A DNA stretch of 64,000 nucleotides from Schizochytrium sp. TIO01 (Eukaryota; Protista; Bigyra: Labyrinthulomycetes). Position 1 is the stretch's first letter; every line of letters starts with the position of its first letter. The stretch is from assembly GCA_004764695.1 (NCBI GenBank), contig SMSO01000037.1:4626747-4690746 (forward strand), given 5' to 3'. A program made the position numbers and the translations under genes. The notes beneath the pieces are model-generated. The model was not told the origin of the DNA. It ran no database searches and was given only the letters and a program-made list of their open reading frames with translations. Of this stretch, positions 24,515 through 35,634 are shown piece by piece.

Positions 24515-27135
24515 CTTGCATGCACTTCGTCCAACTCGCAAGCTCCCGCTGGTCGACCGCGAGGGTGGCGGAGTTCGGCAGCCTCGCGCAGACCGTCGGA
24601 AGCGCCGTCTGCTGCTGCTGTCTCTAGCTAGAGATAGATTGGTTGGTATCTATAGATATCCACGGCTGCGCTGAGCATGTGGTGGTTGTTCCGTAGGACG
24701 GGGTCCAAGGACCGCGTGATGTCGTAATTTACAGCAGCGCGGCCATCAAAGTCCACGGGGTCCAGGCCGTCAACCATGGCCATTTAACCCACGGCCATTC
24801 GCCATGGAGCACGCACGTGGCCCCGATCGTTGCAACGGCGACCGCAAGATCTGCGAGGGATCTCAGCTCGTGGCAGGACCTGGGCTCCTCCAGCTTCGTA
24901 TCCAGGGTTCGGAAATCCATGCTCACGCTCAAGATCCCTGACGGTCGGTCCTGTGTCTGTCTGAGACACCACTGCTTGAGTGCAGCCGCAACAACGAGGC
25001 CGTCGAGTCTATCGAATCTATCGAATCTATCGTGGCGAGGAAGCCTTCTGCCTCGCTCTCGGCGGCGGCAGCAGCAGCAGCAGCAGCAGCAGCGCTTCGC
25101 TCAGCTTTCTTTCGTTCGTTGCTTCAGCCTCATGGCCAGCGCTGAGATGCAGCAACCGCTGCAGATGCGGCGAAGGTTTCTGGAGGCGTCGGTTCAGAGC
25201 TGGGGCGCCGACATCCGCTGGAGGCGAGGCTGCGACCGCTCGCTCGGGGCAGAACGACCGCAGGCAGAGGCAGCAATCGAGAGCTCTGGATGATCATGCA
25301 TTTACCTTGTCGTCAGGAACCCAATCTCGAAAATCCTTCGGTTCTGTTTTCATTTTCAAGTTCGCCTTTTGACGTTGAGGTTCTCTTTAAACTTAAACTG
25401 TTTTTGTTTGTTTTTTTCAGTTGAAAAAAAGGGGAAAAGACGAAATAAATAAATAAATAAATACATGATAAATAAATAAATAATATAGGCCTACATCGAA
25501 ATGTTGTTCGCGTTCGAAAGACAATGAAAACAAGAAACCAAAACCTAGAGGCAAGCGGCAAGCGGCACAAGAAGCCGCCTGGAAATAAGACCTAGGCACC
25601 GTGCTGGGCAAACTTCGCCGGGCCGAGCGAGGTGGAGATCCTCAGGAGTCCGAGTCCGCGCAAGGCTCTTCTGTCTGCGGAGACGCTGCTGGAGGAGAAT
25701 GTTTTGTTATTTATTTATTTATATTTTTTTTGTTAAAAAAAAAAAACAAAAACTGATTTTTGAGGTTAAGTTACAAGAGGAAGAAGTTCTGTGGGATGTT
25801 TTGGAAGGAGAAAAAGCGAGCCAGTCGCGCTATATCAACGAACTTCACACTTCGGTGAGTAACGCAGGTTTTGAATTAGTTTTGGTAATTCGAATGTGGA
25901 ATTCATACTTATCACCGCTTGTAATGCAGTGCATACCTACTTAGTATGTATGAGCCAATGCATAGATCGAAGGGGCCTTTGCTTGTTGTTAAGGTTCGTT
26001 TCGCAATTGTTCAAGTTCTTGCAGCTTTCCCGTGGAGCTTAACTTTTGATGAGACTGCTGCGGATTGCGGTCCTGTTCATTGAGATGGGCAGGCAGGCCT
26101 ACCCTCTGCACTGCATGCGGTGGCGACGGTGGTGGTTCTGCGATTGCCAACTGAAAGGAAAGCGGAAAGATCGCAATCTCCGTGACTCACTTCATGCGGT
26201 TTAACGATGGCGGAAACCTGTGGACGAAAGAAGCGGTAGCATCAGTAACAAAGTTTGACTGGTTTCCCGCGTGTCGTAAGATTATGCCCGGACTAAAGTA
26301 TGACTGCGCAGGGATTGATAGAGGAAGTCTGCTCAGCAGCAGATGCTTGAGTTCCGGCAAGAGCAAGATCGACGCGAGGTACACAATCTGCACTAAATCG
26401 TGATTTCAGAATTATTACTTCGTCGTGCTCTCTCGAGCTCTTCAACGATTGCGGCTAGCTAGCCATTTATACCTACCAACACAGCAACTTTCATAGAAAG
26501 CTTAAGCTCTTGCTTAAACTTTTAGAGCAATATCTTCTTTCTTTTTTAAAAACAAGCCATTGTGGCACCTTCGGACATGAGTTGCTCCCCCCTTAAAAGT
26601 TAAGCAATGTACTTTTAGAATACGTATTGTGAGCCCTCAAGGTTGTCGGGAGGCCTCGGGTGAAATTATCCCAAATGGATGCATTATAGTTTCCCCCAGA
26701 ACCTCATACCCGAGTTATGCGTACCGACACTTTATGCTCGAAGATAGCAGCCGCCAGACTTGGTTTCTCAATATCAGGAATTTGTTGATTTTACTCCGCA
26801 CCTTGCAGCTTCGGAAGCCTAAGCTCACGTGCAGTAACTTTAGTATAATTTACATTAGCACGAACACACAATGGAGAACAGTACCACTCATAGTTCATAG
26901 ATTTAACAGGCTCCGTCGGAAGAGGGTGTTGCGGTGAGTTTTCAATCGTTGCATATCACATGACGCTCATCTCTTGGTGAAATGCAGATTCAATACTCCG
27001 CAAAAACGTACAACCGAGTTGAACTTTGTCGCAATTTTTCGTAAGTCTAGATAGCAATTCAACTGGACAAGATCCAGGGTTAGCAGCAGTCTCGAAATAA
27101 TTCAAGCAAGTTGATATGTACCTCGTTTTAGGTCC

Positions 27136-27356
27136 TGTTGATGTAATATACAGCTGCTGCCTAACCTCACCTAACCTAACCTAGTCCTCCTGCCCGACAC
27201 CTTTTGTCTATTGGACTGACATAATACATTCATCCTGTCTGTATCCAGACCCAAAACTCCAATAGCTCTATTATCACCCTCTTTCACTTTCTCTTGAGTC
27301 CGTCGTCCTTGTTAGACTACCTCTACACGCTTCACAGCACAAGCTAGTCTGCAATA
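27136..27356 (+). mobile_element. Solo-LTR-like insertion, copy B
   Basis: Begins TGTTGA and ends TGCAATA. Perfect 5-bp TSD GGTCC (27131-27135 and 27357-27361). Homologous to 17907-18138 in inverted orientation; internal CCTAA/CCTCA run. Confidence 0.88.
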
Positions 27357-28106
27357 GGTCCTAATTTCACTCTAGGTACCTTTTAAAATGAGGGAATATG
27401 TTCCCTGGTGATCAAAAATTGCAAACTAATGTACAATCGCAACGTTTCAAATGCTGTTCGTAGAGACAAATGCACCATACCGCTGACCCGTAAGGTGGAA
27501 CAGTAGGAAATGTTCATGAAGGACCAACCAGGACGCACCACGGAGAAACTGAGTTAGAATCTCTCCTCCCAAAACTTTCACATCCATAGCGAAATCCATG
27601 ACCATAACCCCAGGAGATAAGAATAAATTAACTTGAGACTGCATGAGTGCGCACCGTTGAAGAATCTCCCATATAAGAAGACGCTATTACATATTCATCT
27701 GTTAAAACTCTTTAGCTCTCACGAGGGTGGCCAAAAACTCCCTGTTGGGTTTAGCGCCATAAAGGCTTCATCAAAGTGAACTATCCTAATCCTTCAATCT
27801 TGCTGTCCAGTACCTGTTGTACTTGCAGATTTGTCCTCGTTAAGCACTCGCACATTGTCCATGTTGAGCCCCTTCGTAACTTAAGGTCTTGTGTTCACGG
27901 TTAAGTAGCAACAGGTCATAAGGGAATAACCGCTTGGCTATGGAGACTTCTTTCTAGGTACCTACATACCAAGTTCTACCTAGCCTACTGGTACCTTTGT
28001 TTTGTTAGAAGCAAATGCTATCACAGAGAAACCAGCAAAGCGAGCAATTCTAATCCTGAAGTGGCTGCATCAAACAGGTCGCTCTTGCTCGAAGCTTCAA
28101 GGAAAG

Positions 28107-28328
28107 ATGGAGGACCCGTTTGCAGCACAGCAAGAAGCTCTTTTGCGTCGAATCACCAACTCTGCGGAGCGTCTTGCAGAGGTCATGGAGGAGGTCAATG
28201 GCGAGCTTGCCCACGCAGAGAAGAGCTACGCACGCATTGAACAAGCACATGCTGTGTGGAAGCTGTACGAAAGCAAGATGGACACGGTCGTGCGCGAAGA
28301 GGGTAAAGCGAGAAACTCTCAACGTTGA
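28107..28328 (+). CDS. DAD4: DASH/Dam1 complex subunit Dad4-like
   Basis: 73-aa helical protein MEDPFAAQQEALLRRITNSAERLAEVMEEVNGEL...VWKLY, matching the Dad4 pattern MENP-x3-Q-x2-LLxRI-x-N-x-E-x-L...N.EL...W..Y. Confidence 0.8.
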   Translation: MEDPFAAQQEALLRRITNSAERLAEVMEEVNGELAHAEKSYARIEQAHAVWKLYESKMDTVVREEGKARNSQR

Positions 28329-29074
28329 AGGCTATCTCTGGTTGCTGCAAAGTGACTCGGGGAATTCCGTAGAGTAGGTACCTTCTCTCATAAAAGTGAT
28401 TCAACGTTCGTTACACATTTTTTGCAACTAACGATGATGAATACCTAGCCATATGATACCCTGTTTCCTCCCGGATGTGTGGCGCAAAGCTTTTCTTGTG
28501 TGAGTCTTAAAAGAGTTGGGCTGTATTTGGTCGCTTGACCACCGAACATGTTGATAAATGTTTCTCACGTGGAAATATTGCCTGTATAATATGATATTGG
28601 AAACATGCCTACTCGAAGACAACTTTTCTTTGAAAGAGGTCAGGAGTGATCACAGTTCTGATTAAGAACTGTGCAGATCGTTGTTAGCTCCGTTGCTCAA
28701 GTCTGTGTAATTGTTCAAGGCACGTCATAGACAAACAAACCTTTCAAATATGGTCTCTAAATATTGGCCTATAACAAAGAAATAATGTTTATAGAGGAAC
28801 CTAGCTAGAGTGCAAATAAGATTTATCGCAATTGGGTTGAGACAGCAAATGATTTTGAAAATAATTGTGCACACGATACTCTTGAAAGATGACTGTCTAC
28901 CTGCAGAGTGTCATTCTTTGTAGTTTTTATGCAATTTATGCCACAAGTATCACACAAGTGAAGGTTTTCTCAACCATCAGGAGCTCTCAGATAACATAGC
29001 TGGTTGTTGACTGTTTTATAAAGAATATTTTACTTCTTCTTCAATGAAAGATATATCATACATGTTATTTTAGA

Positions 29075-31387
29075 TTACACACATTCCATATAGACGATTT
29101 CGCGGATAGCCTGCTGATCCTTCAAGGTCAGGTGGATACGGCGGGCTTGGCGTAAAAGATCCTCCGGCGGAAAAGTTGGTGCAGCACGAAGAACAAGAGT
29201 AGCAGTCTCGAAATCGGCATGCAAAAGTTCCTCTTCAACAGACATGAGAAGAACTAGACTGACCCGGAAAATAGCATCCCAGCCGGACTCAAAGAAATAC
29301 TCCCAGACATCCGCAAGGGTTTCAAACGGCATTGTATAGGAGAATAGAGTAATAAACCAGTTGAAGGTGAAGTGTAGCGAATCAAGGTCGAGGTCCTCGA
29401 GCCGTGCAAAGAGAGCTGGGCGTTGACGCTCGAGGAATGAGGCCAACAAATTAACAAAAGAGCGAAGCATCAAAAGGCCAGATGCATAAAGACCGCGAAG
29501 GTTAAATACCGGTGTTTCAAGCAGAAGCTTGAACATGTCTTGGGCAGCATCCCTGGGCTCCGGGAAATGAAGCATGAGCTGAGCCATAACGTAGTTCATG
29601 CCTTGTACGTAGCCGACGTCAGGATGGTCAATGGCGATTTTCTTCAAGGAGTTGACTAGTTGGCGTTGGACATCAGCTTCCTGGAAAAAAGAAAGTGTTG
29701 GGTATGTGCGGGGTACATCGCGTTCAATCTCACCTTCAATGAGAGAGAGGGAGTTCGAGGCTTGTCGCGCACACGCAGTCTGGACATCAGTATCTTGCTC
29801 TTGATCTGTCTTTGAAACATTTTCTGTGCCAGATGTTGCAGAAGCCCCATCGGCAGAACAAGCAAAATCACATTCAGCTGACGCCGATGAGGAACCGCTG
29901 AAGCTGCCTGATCTCTCGTTTCTCCTTGCACTTAATGCACATCCCCAATCACCATTTGTTGACGAGGAGTCAAGCTCCTTCTGTTCCACAACGTACAATG
30001 GTCCATCAGATGTTGATTTGCACTTGCGACCATTTTTCGCGTCATCTGCACTGAAAGCAGAGCTAGGACTCTGCAGCGCAGGGTCCGCAGATGAAGCATG
30101 GTCTCTTCCTTCCCGAACATCATTATTGCCATGGGGTGCGTCTACATCACTATTGATTCCATTCAGATCAACACCATGTGCTATAGTCCAGGCATCCCAG
30201 GACTCATCTTGGTCACATGGTGAGGGTGAACGAGAATTAGGGACATCAGGACTATTGCCTTCAGCACCCTTATTTTCCTCCTCTTGTTGATCCTTGTGAT
30301 TTATCGTGCTCGGATCACGACCTTCATGATGTCTGCTTTGAATAAGCTTGCCCCAGCGAGCACCACGGGGCTGCATCTCTTCAAACCAATCTAAAGAGAT
30401 CCGGTTGCACTCACTGCGTGTCTTTGGTACACGGCGACGCAAAATACTATTTTCAGAGTTTTGGTTTAGTTGCTCCGCTGACTTGGATGCAGAAGGAGCC
30501 ACTGGATTAGCAACAGAAGAAGCAATAGAGTTTGTGGAGGACCCAAAGCTGGAAAAGAAGCGAGTTGTGGGTGATTTGCTTTTCGGTGCAGAACTTGCGG
30601 ACCCTGGAGAGGGTCTAGTGAACGCACGGAAGAAGGATGATGCAGAGTTTGAAGTTTTGACTGAGTCAGAGCGAGGTTTACGGCTAGAGTCACTCTCGGC
30701 GTCCTTGCTACTGCGGCTACTGCTCAGAAATAAAGTGCCCGGCGAGCGTGCTCCACTACGGGGAGAATCACCACTTCCACTAGACTGTGAATCCTCTTCG
30801 TCGTTGTCGAGAGGGATTTCCTCAAAGTCGGCGCTTTGATCGCATCCATCAGCGTACTCAACGCCATCCTGTATTTCACCATCCAGCGTTAAATTATGAA
30901 GTGAATAGTCAGAGGTAACATCAGGGATCGCAGAGGTGGCTGCAGAGGCAGACGCTGGTCGCGTTGACGATAATGAATCGCTTCGGCCTGTCGAACTTGG
31001 AAGGCGGTCGCCTGATAATGATGACGATGAAGTTGATGGATTGCGGGACCACATATCCCTCATGTAGTTCATAATTCCATTTCGTTTTACCTTGTTTGTG
31101 GAGGTCTTTGTGCTATTACCCTTGTTGGTACTTGAGAAGGCTGATGAGGAGGACATAGAAGGAAATGTGAAGCTCCCCAAAGTCGAAGGCAGTGGTGTTG
31201 CTTGTTTAATGTTGGCTGATTGAGAAGCAGAACTGTTGGACTTTGCTTCATATTCTCCACGATCATTTTCAACAACCTCAACGAAGACCAAGCCTTTGGA
31301 TGTGGAGCCCTTTCCACCACCAAGCAAGCTTCGTGTGACCTCGCCATTTAGTAGTGAGTCTAGCCCCTGTGATGAAGTGGAGCTCAT
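29075..31387 (-). CDS. TBC-domain Rab GTPase-activating protein
   Basis: IERDVPRT (IxxDxxR, Arg finger), GYVQGMNYV (YxQ, Gln finger), WFITLFSY, VWEYFFESGW. Long Ser-rich disordered N-terminus. Confidence 0.93.
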   Translation of the reverse strand: MSSTSSQGLDSLLNGEVTRSLLGGGKGSTSKGLVFVEVVENDRGEYEAKSNSSASQSANIKQATPLPSTLGSFTFPSMSSSSAFSSTNKGNSTKTSTNKVKRNGIMNYMRDMWSRNPSTSSSSLSGDRLPSSTGRSDSLSSTRPASASAATSAIPDVTSDYSLHNLTLDGEIQDGVEYADGCDQSADFEEIPLDNDEEDSQSSGSGDSPRSGARSPGTLFLSSSRSSKDAESDSSRKPRSDSVKTSNSASSFFRAFTRPSPGSASSAPKSKSPTTRFFSSFGSSTNSIASSVANPVAPSASKSAEQLNQNSENSILRRRVPKTRSECNRISLDWFEEMQPRGARWGKLIQSRHHEGRDPSTINHKDQQEEENKGAEGNSPDVPNSRSPSPCDQDESWDAWTIAHGVDLNGINSDVDAPHGNNDVREGRDHASSADPALQSPSSAFSADDAKNGRKCKSTSDGPLYVVEQKELDSSSTNGDWGCALSARRNERSGSFSGSSSASAECDFACSADGASATSGTENVSKTDQEQDTDVQTACARQASNSLSLIEGEIERDVPRTYPTLSFFQEADVQRQLVNSLKKIAIDHPDVGYVQGMNYVMAQLMLHFPEPRDAAQDMFKLLLETPVFNLRGLYASGLLMLRSFVNLLASFLERQRPALFARLEDLDLDSLHFTFNWFITLFSYTMPFETLADVWEYFFESGWDAIFRVSLVLLMSVEEELLHADFETATLVLRAAPTFPPEDLLRQARRIHLTLKDQQAIREIVYMECV

Positions 31388-33648
31388 TGTTTTTGTGTTT
31401 GCTCCTCTCCAATGAGATATGAGCTCTGGGCAGAAATTCTCCTAGGTAGGAACGCAGTGGTTTTTTGTTTGACTTGTCCAGTCGAAGAGAGCGACACGAC
31501 CGTCCAGCTTTCAGAGGCAATGACGCGACGCCGGCAGTCTCCCTAGCTTCTTGTCCTGCTGCTGTTGCTGCTCCTGCAACACAACAACACCGAGACAAGA
31601 GAATTTCCCCGGTCAAAGGAGAATGGGATTTACGTCTCCTCTTGCGCAGTCAAGTAGTCCTGGGCCCGTCTGAGCGCTAACAAGCAAGCACCCAAAGGCG
31701 ACTAACTAGGTACCCTAACTAGCCAGCTCTGCTACTCTTAGTATGTAGTTCACGCAGCAAAACCTTCTGCTTCCTGCGGCGTGTGTAAGGGAATTAACTA
31801 ACCAATACACTGCGTGCTCACGTGTGTGCAATAAATTGACTATGAATATAATCCAGTAATACACTTAATCTCGCTCGCCAAAATATGCTCTCAAGCTGCC
31901 GCTAGCGTAGGCCTTGGCCTCCGCAAGCTCGACTCAAGATAGCTCTCGCAGACGCTCCGCAGGTCTTGCACGCGAGGTCACGCGCCGACCTTCCTGTTAT
32001 GCCGCTTTCGGCAGCTCTCTACCTAGCCAAAAACACTGCTTTATCTCGAGTAGCAGCACTCGACTAGAGGTATTGCTAAGAGTGAATAGTATATGTGGTT
32101 GGCCCTACAGAATGATAACTTCAGACAGAGGAAAGAAAGCAAGCGAAGAAGGAAAGAAGGAGTACTTTTCCCTTGTCTGCCCTTGCTAAAGTTGCTGGCT
32201 GTAGCTTCCCTTGCCCAGCTTTTCCGTGGTCAGGCCCTTTCGATCTTGAATTTGAGCAGGCGGCCTGTAGAGCAGCTCGCGGTCACCAGGTTTCCTGCTA
32301 CCCAGCGTGAGAGATTTATATGAATCGGCGTGACCGCAGACGAAGAAAGAGCAGCAGGCGACAAGAGTTTGACTGCGTCCTCAGTTCCCAGTTTGTTTTT
32401 CTTCTATCCTGAAGTTGGAAAAGGTATCTGTCTCCTTGTCTCTCTCTTTCTTCGTTTGTCTCTGTCTTTCTATAGTTCTACTTAGCTATATCCTCAATGT
32501 ATGTAAAGTATTACTTCTGCGGCCTCAATATCAACCAATTGCAACGAGTTCTTGGGTGCCTGCCTGCGTTTAAGAATCCGCCGCAAGGACAATGAGAGAG
32601 AAACGATGTCTGAGCAGCACGCCCTCTCCTCTTCAGTTTCTTTTCGTTGAAGACGAGGTCGCTGCCGCTCTTGCCAGCGCTCGCTTCGTTGCTCGGACGG
32701 AACGCAAATCAGTTCAAAGAGATTGGAGTTTGTTTGATACTCTAGAGTACCAGAGGCGTAAGCTTTCCTGCTACCGAGTTAGTACCCAGGAAGGAGCAAG
32801 ATGCAGAAGACTTCAAAGAAGACGAAGACGACAACGAAGTCAAGGAAAGGTTTAATTCTACGCTGTAGACAGTGAGAAGAGCTTGTCTTCTAGTCAGCAC
32901 AGCCTGGCGACCACGACCTCGAGTAGGTATAGATCCCGTCGGAATGTTTTACAACTACGTCCGACAAACGCAGTGAGATGATGAGGATTCTCAGCCAACA
33001 ACAATGCTCCCAAGACAGCCTTTAGACCAGACGATCAAGGAGTGCCAAGGCTAGAGCCCGAAACCGCCAGTAGGATGCCGCCCCACGTATGTTCCTCGTT
33101 CTACTACCTACGCGGTAATCGGAGTGCAGATCCCCAGTGGATCCCAAGATCGACAGTGAATTGTAGTTTGTATTTTGTAGCTTATGTGATATAGCCTTTA
33201 AAATAAAAAAGAGAAGTGAAGTGGTGTCTTCAAAGAACTAGGGATGGACCAAGTCACTTCGATGATGCCGATCGCGGGACCTCCACGCTGACCCGCGTCC
33301 AAGCGGACAGGCTTCCTCTTCGGCGCAAAGACCAGAGTCGCTGGGATTGGCGAGGATCGGGCTGTGAGGTGGCGGGAGCCCACACGAGAGCGTCCTGAGA
33401 GACTTGTGCCTCGGAATGGAGGAATTGTCTAGTGCTACTGGATCGAAGACGGAGGTTTTAAGGCCTCTGGGGAGCGTTTCGCGCCTCACGAGTCTCGCTG
33501 CGGTGGCCTCGAGCCGATAGCGTACTCCCGCGGCCGACGTGGAGAAAGCGCGCACGCGGGAGAGAGGTGCTGTCAATGGCAAAGCTTTCAGGATGTGTAA
33601 CCAGGCATCCAAATAATTGTTTCTGAATCTCGAATTCGATTTTTTCAA

Positions 33649-33717
33649 AATTTGAATTTCCTCGAATTTGAATTTCTTCGAATTTGAATTTCCTCGAATT
33701 TTGAATTTTGCTCGAAT
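33649..33717. repeat. Tandem 16-bp minisatellite AATTTGAATTTCYTCG, about 4 copies
   Basis: Units start at 33649, 33665, 33681 and a degenerate one at 33697. Confidence 0.85.
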
Positions 33718-35610
33718 CCTGCCTTTGCAAATCCCGAAAGCTCTCCTCAAATCCACGCCAAGGACTGCCGCCGCGGCGCTCCGTTCGCTCTCGCGAGGAT
33801 ACACAGGTCAGCAGGCCCTGCCAAGCGCTCCTCGCGGTGTTCAGGCGGCGGACGGGGCCTGCGCAGCCGAGGTCTTCTGAGCGCTGTGCTGGTTGGATCC
33901 CTGTGCGGTTCGAATTCCGAACCATTTCGAGAGGAAGGAGTCCGTCGAGAAAGGGAAGGGCATACTTCTTTCAAAATCACTCCACGAGCTCAGGCCGGGT
34001 GGGTTCAAGCCCAAACTCTGCGAGCCTGCTCCCGCCGCCGCTCCACTCGCACATCTGCACTACCACACGCGCCTTCGCCAGGCCCTGTGCGGCGCAGAGA
34101 CGGGCTCTCTTCAAGTTCCGGCAGTCTGCTGACCGCGGTTTCATCTTGAAACCTCCTTCTTCTTCTCCCCTCCAAAGAAAGGCAGCGGAACGGAACAAGA
34201 ACGAAGCGAGGCGGCGGAGCGGAAAGAACACCTGCACTATGGAACAGAACGTCGCACAGAGCAGGAGAGGCCAGAAGAACGGGAGAACACTGAAGTAGTA
34301 AGGCCGAAGAGAGCGGGCCAAAGCGTCACTGAGCCTTCCGACTTAGCGCTTAGATGCTTAGCGCTAGCAAACCTAGATATCAAGGAGTTCGGCAAAAGTA
34401 CTTGTAGACAGAAGGGGAGTCATAACAACGGGTGCACACCCGATGGACTTGATCTTAGGAGAAAGCGTGGTAGCATGCACCTACCAGTGCTGGAGCAGGC
34501 CCTTTTCAGCAGTATTAGGCTAGTGCTGTTTGAAGTACGCTTGCTTGGTTTAGCTTCAGTTGGCTTGGTTTGTCTGCTTCACGCGGGTTTGCTTGAGCTG
34601 ACGGGCGTTGGATGGAATGGAGGATAAGGCAGCTAAGAAAGGATGCTTGAATGGATACACTCGGAAGGCCTACCAACGCCTGCGAATGGGGCTGAATGTT
34701 TCGCGAAAAGAGTAACTTGGAGGAAACAACTGAAAATGTGCTGAGTCAGAGATGACTGGTATTGTAACAAAGATGAAGAATGTGGCTAAGAAGCACTATG
34801 GGAAAGACCTGGAGTGTATGTAATACGAAGGACGCGAATAAATTGGCCTGCGCGTCAGCAAGGGCGTTGGAGCTTGTACAGTAAAAGCTCAGTGCTCGTC
34901 GCTACAGTGCTACAGCTTGAAAGACCTGTCTGTTGGCGTTCAAGTTAAGCAACTCAGCTGGTCAATTCTGCAATATTACTTCCTCACTCTGTTCCCCTAA
35001 AAAAACTTTATGGTGAGCCAATGGAAGCTTGTGCCAGATTGTGATGCGAAACGAACAAATTATGTAATCTTCAGGTTGTATAGTTTACACAGGGCTGCAT
35101 CGAAGGCCGCGTCTCTCCGCATACCAGCAGGTGGAATCAATACAATGAATGAGTTGTATGCTGTAGAGTAAAACAAGTGTTAATATCGATGCGCAATGTA
35201 CCACGGGACAGCAAATCGAAGCGAATCCTCAACAGGTGCTCGAGCAAACCAGGTACTTGTCGAAGAATATAATCAGTGGAATGAGATGTCTCTACTTCAT
35301 CGTTTCACTTTTGATTCAACGCATGCTGATTCCTCAACTCTACTCTTGCAACTCGGAATATTTTGCGCGAGTGGAGGTCCCCATCAAAAGTTACGCTTAA
35401 ACATCAACTTCCTTTTATCCGTACTTTGGGTGTTACAAGAGCGCTCTCCAATAGTAAATGATTTTGTGATGACTCTCAACGACCCAAATAAATCACAGTG
35501 TTGAAAACCATTATGTGGGCTGCCTTTCAAGAGGGCAATTCACTCTACAAGTTTGTGTCGCGACGCATGAAAACATATACACAAATTAATTAAAATATTT
35601 AGAATCTTAA

Positions 35611-35634
35611 CTCTCTCTCTCTCTCTCTCTCTCT
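35611..35634. repeat. (CT)12 microsatellite
   Basis: Read directly. Confidence 0.95.

Noticed and set aside
17907-27356. The two inverted ~225-bp repeats as TIRs of one 9.4-kb transposon carrying the phosphatase and lipase genes
   Set aside because: Each copy has its own distinct 5-bp TSD on both sides and the outer flanks do not match, so they are independent insertions.
27740-27775. SLYGAK as a copia reverse-transcriptase (KSLYGLKQ) remnant near solo-LTR copy B
   Set aside because: Only a 4-5 residue match, on the opposite strand and outside the TSD-bounded element, with no YVDD motif nearby.
33649-33717. CRISPR-like array or heat-shock element array
   Set aside because: Units are directly adjacent with no unique spacers, the context is eukaryotic with no cas genes, and GAA/TTC spacing does not fit nGAAnnTTCn.
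33870-33925. tRNA or tRNA-derived SINE suggested by the B-box-like GGTTCGAATTCC
   Set aside because: No acceptor, D or anticodon stems could be folded and there is no clear A box.
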